Translations under genes and position numbers: made by a program
The notes under the pieces: model-generated
Told to the model about the DNA's origin: nothing
What the model saw: the letters and a program-made list of their open reading frames with translations, nothing else
Database searches by the model: none
DNA from: an uncultured Chthoniobacteraceae bacterium
Lineage (GTDB): Bacteria; Verrucomicrobiota; Verrucomicrobiia; Chthoniobacterales; Chthoniobacteraceae
NCBI GenBank assembly: GCA_964235505.1
Contig: CAXSDZ010000045.1
Span: 1-21,170, forward strand
Direction: 5' to 3'
DNA length: 21,170 nucleotides
In this document: positions 16,143 through 21,170 of the stretch, in pieces
Layout of the letters: each line of letters starts with the position of its first letter
How positions within the stretch are numbered: position 1 is the stretch's first letter

Positions 16143-17312
16143 ATGACCATCAAACGCCTTTTCGCCATCGGCTTCATCATCGTCTGCACCGCCGTCGCGT
16201 GGTTCATCCTCGGCGGCGCGGTGAGCCTGCGCTCGCGCTCCAGCGACTCGCGGCTTTCCTCCGAGGTCGCGCAAAATTGGGGACCGCCGCTCGTGCAGGA
16301 GCACCCCGTGCTTTTCTACGAAGCGCCCACCAGCGGCCTCGCGCGGCGCGAAATCCAGCCGCTCAGCAGCGACATCCGCGTGGCGCTCGTGTATGAGCCA
16401 AAGCGCAAAGGCTTGCTCTGGTATCGCACCTACTTCGCCGACTTCACGGGCAGCTACGTGGTGAAAAATCCGACGCAGATTGCGCAGACAATCTACGTCA
16501 CTTTCCGCTTCCCGGCGCAGGACGCGCGCTACGATCGCTTCTCGCTCCAGTTCGGCGACAAGCTCACCGACAAGGCGCCGGTCGATGGGCAGATCCGCGA
16601 GTCGCTCACGCTTGCCGCTGGCGCGCAGGTGCCGCTCACCGTGACGTATCACGCCGCCGGCACGAATGGTTGGAGCTACGCCTTTGGCAAAGCGAAGCGC
16701 GTGCAGAATCTGCACCTCGCGATGACGACTGATTTCCTCGACATCAACATTCCCGCCAACGCCGAGTCGCCCACTTCCCGCGAACGCGAAGGCACCGGCT
16801 GGACCCTGCGCTGGGACTACACCGACGTGATCGGCGCGAACGCGGTGGCGATGGATATGCCTAGTGTCCGCAACCCCGGCGAGGTCGCCGGCCGCATGAC
16901 TTTCTTTGCGCCTGTCTCACTGCTGTTCTTCTTCGCGGTGCTCGTGATCGTCGCCGTCCGCGACCGTGTGAGCCTGCACCCGATGAACTTCTTTTTCCTC
17001 GCGGCGGGCTGCTTCGCCTTTCAGCTCCTCTTCGCCTATCTGGTCGATCTGCTGCCACTCACCGCGTCGTTCCTCATCGCCGCCGCGGTCTCGCTCACGC
17101 TGGTGAATGGCTACCTCTGGCGCGCGGCGGGAGCGCGCTTTGCCAGCATCTCGCTCGCCGCGCAGTTCGCCTACATGGTCCTGTTTTCTTACTCGTTCTT
17201 CTTTGAAGGACTGACGGGCATCACAATCACCGCCGGCGCGATCGTCACGCTCGCGCTGCTCATGGCGTTCACCGCACGGGTGGATTGGGGAAGGGCATTT
17301 ACCCGCGCGTGA
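16143..17312 (+). CDS. creD: CreD-family inner membrane protein (cell envelope integrity protein CreD-like)
   Basis: A 389-aa ORF with an N-terminal TM helix, a ~240-aa periplasmic domain, then five C-terminal TM helices. The segment VSLHPMNFFFLAAGCF... aligns with E. coli CreD ...RLHPMQYLLVGLSL..., and GTGWTLRW aligns with DTGWENF. The gene lies directly upstream of creBC. Confidence 0.65.
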   Translation: MTIKRLFAIGFIIVCTAVAWFILGGAVSLRSRSSDSRLSSEVAQNWGPPLVQEHPVLFYEAPTSGLARREIQPLSSDIRVALVYEPKRKGLLWYRTYFADFTGSYVVKNPTQIAQTIYVTFRFPAQDARYDRFSLQFGDKLTDKAPVDGQIRESLTLAAGAQVPLTVTYHAAGTNGWSYAFGKAKRVQNLHLAMTTDFLDINIPANAESPTSREREGTGWTLRWDYTDVIGANAVAMDMPSVRNPGEVAGRMTFFAPVSLLFFFAVLVIVAVRDRVSLHPMNFFFLAAGCFAFQLLFAYLVDLLPLTASFLIAAAVSLTLVNGYLWRAAGARFASISLAAQFAYMVLFSYSFFFEGLTGITITAGAIVTLALLMAFTARVDWGRAFTRA

Positions 17313-17408
17313 GTTCGTTCAGCGTTGCGCGCGAGGCGTGGAGCGCATGGCAAACGCTCGCACACCAGACGCTGCACGCTCTACTCTCCGCGCTTCACGA
17401 TCTTCCCC

Positions 17409-18134
17409 ATGAAGCCCCGCATCCTCGTCGTCGATGACGAGCCTTCGATCCTCGACAACCTGCTCTACTCGCTGGAAACGGAAGGCTTCGAGCCGCACGG
17501 CTGCGGGACGGGCGGCGAAGCGCTGCGTCTGCTGCGTGAAAGTGCGTTTGCACTGGTCGTGCTCGATGTCGGTCTGCCGGATACGCAGGGCTTCGATGTC
17601 TGCCGCGAGATCCGCAAAACGTCGAACGTGCCGATCATCTTCCTCACCGCGCGCGCATCGGAGATCGACCGCGTCGTCGGCTTGGAACTCGGCGGCGACG
17701 ACTACGTGGTGAAGCCCTTCAGCCCTCGCGAACTCGGCGCGCGGGTGAAGGCGGTGCTGCGGCGCTTTCAGCAGCAATCGCAAGCCGCCGCGGCTCCCGC
17801 TGAAAGCGCGACGCACGCGAGCAACGGCGTCTTTCGCGTGGATGAAGAACACGCACAGATCTTCTTCCACGGCACGCCGCTTGGGCTTTCCTCCACCGAG
17901 TTCCGGTTGCTGCGCGCGCTTTGCGGGAAGCCGGGCCGCGTCTATTCGCGCGCGCAGCTCATGGACCTCGCGTGGGAGGATCCCGGCGCCGCGCTGGAGC
18001 GCACCGTGGATGCGCACATCAAAAGTCTGCGCGCGCGATTGAAGGAAATCCGCCCCGCCGAAAACCCGATCGAGACGCACCGGGGTTTCGGCTATTCGCT
18101 GCGGGAGGCAGGTTTGCCGGGAGCTGAAAAGTGA
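17409..18134 (+). CDS. creB: OmpR/PhoB-family response regulator CreB
   Basis: Start MKPRILVVDDEPSIL, 28 codons inside track ORF 17325..18134, giving 242 aa. It aligns end-to-end with E. coli CreB: LDVGLPDTQGFDVCREI...FLTARASEIDRVVGLELGGDDYVVKPFSPRE vs ...LDVGLPDISGFELCRQL...[31 protein letters not shown], and GRVYSRAQLMDLAWED...RTVDAHIKSLRARL...THRGFGYSLR vs GRVWSRQQLMDSVWED...RTVDTHIKTLRAKL...THRGMGYSLR. Confidence 0.85.
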   Translation: MKPRILVVDDEPSILDNLLYSLETEGFEPHGCGTGGEALRLLRESAFALVVLDVGLPDTQGFDVCREIRKTSNVPIIFLTARASEIDRVVGLELGGDDYVVKPFSPRELGARVKAVLRRFQQQSQAAAAPAESATHASNGVFRVDEEHAQIFFHGTPLGLSSTEFRLLRALCGKPGRVYSRAQLMDLAWEDPGAALERTVDAHIKSLRARLKEIRPAENPIETHRGFGYSLREAGLPGAEK

Positions 18135-19657
18135 GGGCGCCCGGAGAAATGAAGCCTTGGCGAAGGGCCGCGCGCGCGGTTTTGACGCACCGCTTTTCCA
18201 CCACCACCCGCATCCTCGTCGGCTTCCTGCTCACACTCTCGGCGGCGCTCGTCTTTCTCCTCGCGCACCTTGCCCAGCGCGTGCAGCGGCAATATCTGGA
18301 AGCGGCGGAAGAGCCGATGATCGATGCCGCGCATGTGCTCGCCGCGATCGTCGAGCAGCACATCAATGCGAGCGGCGCATTCGATCTCGCCACGATCCGC
18401 GAAGCCTTTGCGGCGGCGCGCGAGCGGAAGTTTGAGGCGCAGATTTACAACGTCACCAAGACTGCGGTGATCCTCCACGCCTACGTCACCGACCGCGCCG
18501 GCATCGTGCTTTTCGACTCGGATGGCGGACGCGCGGAAGGGCAGAACTTTCGCGCGCAACGCGACGTGGCGCTCACGCTCCTCGGCGGCTACGGCGCGCG
18601 CGCCACCCGCGCCGACCCGCGTGTTTCCATGACCGCGATGCTTTACGTCGCCGCCCCCATCCGGCGCGGCGGCGAGATCGTGGGCGTCCTTAGCATCTCG
18701 AAGCCTCAGCGATCTATGCTCGAATTCATCCAGGGCACGCGGGAACAAATCTGGTGGCTCGGGCTCACGTTTTTCCTCGTGGTGGTGCTCGGAGCGATCG
18801 GCGTCACGAGCGTCTTTTCCCGCCCGATCCGCCAGCTCGCCGGCTACGCTCGTGCCGTCGCGCGCGGCGAGCGCGCCACTCCGCCGCGGCGAGGCGCGCC
18901 GGAAGTGCTGGGGCTCGGCCGCGCCTTTGAGGAAATGCGCGACGCGCTGGAAGGGCGCAAATACGTGGAGACTTACGTGCAAACGCTGACGCACGAAATG
19001 AAGAGCCCGCTCGCCGCGATCCGCGGCGCGGCCGAGCTCCTCGGCGAGCCGCTGCCGCCGGAGCGGCGCGCGAAATTCCTCGCGAACATCCAGGCCGAAA
19101 CGCAGCGCTTGCAAAACCAGATCGACCGCCTGCTCGCGCTTTCCGCGATCGAAAGCCGGAAGCAGCTCGAAACCACCGAGCCCGTCGCGCTGGCCGAGCT
19201 CGCGGCAAAAGTCTGCGCCGAGATGCAGCCCGCCGCGGACGCGCGCGGCATCACGCTGGAGCTGCGTGCGGAAGTGCAGTCGGTGGTGCGCGGCGAGGCT
19301 TTTCTGCTGGAAATGGCGCTGGCAAATCTGCTGCAAAACGCCATCGGCTTTTCGCCCGTGGGCGGCGCGGTCCGCATCACGCTCGCCGCGCTCGCGCCCG
19401 GCTGGGCGGAGGTGATCGTGGAGGACGAAGGCCCCGGCATTCCCGACTACGCGCTGGGCCGCGTCTTCGACCGCTTCTACTCGCTGCAGCACCCCGCCAC
19501 CGGCCGCAAAAGCTCCGGCCTCGGCCTTTGCTTCGTGCGCGAAGCCGCCGAGCTCCACCGCGGCGAAGCCTCGCTCACCAACCGCCCGGATCGCCCCGGC
19601 GCGCGCGCCGTGCTCTGGCTGCCGGCGGACGCCACCGTGCAAGCAGCGCGGCTATAG
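18131..19657 (+). CDS. creC: sensor histidine kinase CreC
   Basis: A 508-aa ORF starting at a GTG that overlaps the creB stop (GTGA); an alternative ATG is at 18149. The periplasmic domain YVTDRAGIVLFDSDGG...LTLLGGYGARATRADP...MLYVAAPI...IVGVLSISKP matches E. coli CreC YMTDAQGKVLFDS...LTLRGQYGARSTLQNP...VMYVAAPI...LIGVLSVGKP. The H-box LTHEMKSPLAAIRGAAELL, the GNLLQNAIGFSP segment and the DEGPGIPDYALGRVFDRFYSL G-box also match. Confidence 0.85.
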   Translation: MRAPGEMKPWRRAARAVLTHRFSTTTRILVGFLLTLSAALVFLLAHLAQRVQRQYLEAAEEPMIDAAHVLAAIVEQHINASGAFDLATIREAFAAARERKFEAQIYNVTKTAVILHAYVTDRAGIVLFDSDGGRAEGQNFRAQRDVALTLLGGYGARATRADPRVSMTAMLYVAAPIRRGGEIVGVLSISKPQRSMLEFIQGTREQIWWLGLTFFLVVVLGAIGVTSVFSRPIRQLAGYARAVARGERATPPRRGAPEVLGLGRAFEEMRDALEGRKYVETYVQTLTHEMKSPLAAIRGAAELLGEPLPPERRAKFLANIQAETQRLQNQIDRLLALSAIESRKQLETTEPVALAELAAKVCAEMQPAADARGITLELRAEVQSVVRGEAFLLEMALANLLQNAIGFSPVGGAVRITLAALAPGWAEVIVEDEGPGIPDYALGRVFDRFYSLQHPATGRKSSGLGLCFVREAAELHRGEASLTNRPDRPGARAVLWLPADATVQAARL

Positions 19658-19770
19658 CGGCAGCGCAACCTGCGCAGAGAACGTGCTGCCTCCCACAGCT
19701 CGCGACACCGGCGCATTTTCACCGCCACGCGCACATTGCCACACGGGAGAAATTTGTTGAACTGCGAGCC

Positions 19771-21170
19771 GTGCGCTTCCTCCCCAAGCTCTCTGCGCAG
19801 GCCGCGCTCTCGTTTGCTTTGGCCGCTGGCGCCACGGGCGCGGGGACGCTCGCGCTGACGTGGATCAGTGCGAGCGGCTTCGGCTCGGGCACGTGCTCGC
19901 CGGCCGCGACTTCCCACGGTGAACCCGTGGCAGGCGGGCGCTTTGCGAGCCTCCTCGCCACTGCGTTGCTCACCGGCGAAGAGTGCCGGCTAATCGTGCA
20001 GCAGCTTTCCGCAGCCGATCTCCGCGGACTGCTGGGCGCGCAGGACACCGCATTTTGGCGGGGAAATCCCAACGCGGCGCTGCTGCTCCGCCAAGCCGCT
20101 GCGGTGCTCGCAAAAGCGTCGGCACCGGCCGCTTTGATCACGGAACTCACTGCGCTCCTCCGGCATGCTGGAATTGAGTCTGGCGCACTCCGCCGTCTGG
20201 TCGCGGCAGCGCTGGCTGGAGCCTTGGAAGCGCGCGACATCTCCTCGGCTGAGATCGTCGCGATCATGCGGCAGGCGCAACCCGCCGATGCTGTCGCGCT
20301 GCTCGAAACGTGGCTCGACTTCCAGCATCCCACCTCGCCGCAGAGCGACCTCGCCTCCGCGCTCGCGCTCGCAGCGCAGGCATTCCCACAGGCGGATGAA
20401 AAGCTGCGCGACGATGTGCGCGCGATGATCGTGCGCGTGTGGGCGCACCGCGCGCCCGCGATTGCCGACGCGCTGCTTTTTGCTAAGCAAATGGAAGACT
20501 TCAAACGCGGCGACCTGGAGATGCGCCTCTGCACGGAAGGCGCTCGGCTGCTCGCCGTCGCGCAACCGGACGAGCTGCGGCGCCAGCTCGCGACCTTTGG
20601 CCCGCTATGGCCGGAACAGGTCGCGCAGATCGCAGCGGACAGCGGGATTTCCTTCGACCAGGCGCGGCAGCTTGCCGCCGGCATGCAGGAGAAAGCACGG
20701 GATGAATTCCTCGGGAGCTTCGTGCGATCACTCGCGGCTGCTGATCCGCGCGAGATGTCGAAGTTCGCCGCCGCATTCGCACCGGGAGATTTGCCACCAA
20801 GTGCTGCGAATGCGGTAGCCAAGGGGCTCATGACGACGAGCGACTTCGGGCAGATGGATGCCTGGCTGGAAGGCATGGATGCGGCGGCGCAGGCGAAGCT
20901 TTTGGATCAGTCGATCCCAATGGATTTCACGAGTGGAAATCCGAGCGCATCCGCCTACCGCTACTATCTGGAAAAGCGTTCCGCCTCAGTTCCGCCAGAT
21001 CTCGGGCGCTTGAACCAAATCGCGTGGCAGACGCCGCTGGAGCAGCTCGACAGCCTGCAACCCTGGTTGGATCACCTTCCCCAGGACATGCAGTCGGAGA
21101 TGCAGGACAGCATCAACAGGCGCCAGCGAGCGCGCACCGCGTGGCGGTGGCGCACCAGGGCGAGCGCCGT
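19771..21170 (+). CDS. hypothetical Ala/Leu-rich protein, 3'-truncated by the window end; start codon uncertain
   Basis: This frame is open from ~19650 to the window end and has no in-frame ATG before codon ~150. GTG at 19771 gives MRFLPKLSAQAALSFALAAGATGAGTLALTW... (signal-like). The predicted protein is α-helical (e.g. ...LLFAKQMEDFKRGDLEMRLCTEGARLL...). The antisense track ORFs 19719..20876 and 19990..20565 are Ser/Ala/Arg/Cys-rich junk. Confidence 0.4.
   Translation, partial: MRFLPKLSAQAALSFALAAGATGAGTLALTWISASGFGSGTCSPAATSHGEPVAGGRFASLLATALLTGEECRLIVQQLSAADLRGLLGAQDTAFWRGNPNAALLLRQAAAVLAKASAPAALITELTALLRHAGIESGALRRLVAAALAGALEARDISSAEIVAIMRQAQPADAVALLETWLDFQHPTSPQSDLASALALAAQAFPQADEKLRDDVRAMIVRVWAHRAPAIADALLFAKQMEDFKRGDLEMRLCTEGARLLAVAQPDELRRQLATFGPLWPEQVAQIAADSGISFDQARQLAAGMQEKARDEFLGSFVRSLAAADPREMSKFAAAFAPGDLPPSAANAVAKGLMTTSDFGQMDAWLEGMDAAAQAKLLDQSIPMDFTSGNPSASAYRYYLEKRSASVPPDLGRLNQIAWQTPLEQLDSLQPWLDHLPQDMQSEMQDSINRRQRARTAWRWRTRASA

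Noticed and set aside
17313-17408. A TTCAC and TTCCC pair upstream of creB, considered as a second cre-tag.
   Set aside because: The spacing between the pentamers is 4 nt rather than 6 and there is only a single consensus copy, so it is not convincing.
19719-20876. The 385-aa and 191-aa minus-strand ORFs.
   Set aside because: Their Ser/Ala/Arg/Cys-rich composition is typical of antisense reading of a GC-rich gene. The plus-strand frame is open across the whole region to the window end.

Overview
This 21.2-kb window is visibly GC-rich and densely coding. It looks like a bacterial chromosome segment; start sites are mostly preceded by A-rich stretches rather than Shine-Dalgarno sequences. No rRNA, tRNA, CRISPR array or transposase was seen. 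Most of the six-frame track is spurious: long Arg/Ser/Ala-rich antisense ORFs shadow nearly every real gene, which is usual at this GC content.

The real genes, in order, are:
- 1..10211, minus strand: an NAD(P) aldehyde dehydrogenase (3' end off-window), an Fe-containing alcohol dehydrogenase, 6-phosphogluconolactonase (pgl), a SixA-like histidine phosphatase, a small DUF4177 protein and a FabG-type 3-oxoacyl-ACP reductase.
- Upstream of these on the same strand: a CHASE-PAS hybrid histidine kinase/response regulator translationally coupled to an M19 membrane dipeptidase, then a DSD1/D-threonine-aldolase-family PLP enzyme (D-serine deaminase-like) overlapping a RidA-family deaminase.
- Divergent from that run: a secreted SGNH/GDSL hydrolase (+), then a stand-alone YqiK-type flotillin (-) separated from it by a bidirectional terminator.
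- 14334..19657, plus strand: a 584-aa signal-peptide protein of unknown function, then creD-like, creB and creC. The CreB and CreC products align well with the E. coli sequences as I recall them. This order differs from the enterobacterial creABCD and there is no creA.
- 19771..21170, plus strand: an Ala/Leu-rich hypothetical, 3'-truncated.

The findings worth a second look are:
- A perfect five-fold TTCAC-like array at exact 11-bp spacing, 25-70 bp upstream of the 584-aa gene. It matches the E. coli CreB 'cre tag' TTCACnnnnnnTTCAC and implies CreB autoregulation and a new Cre-regulon member.
- A 31-bp perfect inverted repeat inserted in-frame inside the dipeptidase gene. It encodes a Ser-rich/acidic low-complexity loop and resembles the Rickettsia palindromic elements that insert in-frame into genes.
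- A ~200-bp nested palindromic element (48-bp outer inverted repeats, 23-bp inner inverted repeats, shared GAGTCGCGCAGCGACG core) between the dipeptidase and the D-serine deaminase-like gene.
- A long imperfect hairpin between the alcohol and aldehyde dehydrogenase genes.
- A 14-bp-stem hairpin with a competing alternative pairing in the 490-bp divergent leader between flotillin and the cre operon.
- A probable 1-nt indel in a G4 run that replaces the conserved M19 C-terminus with a Pro/Arg-rich tail.
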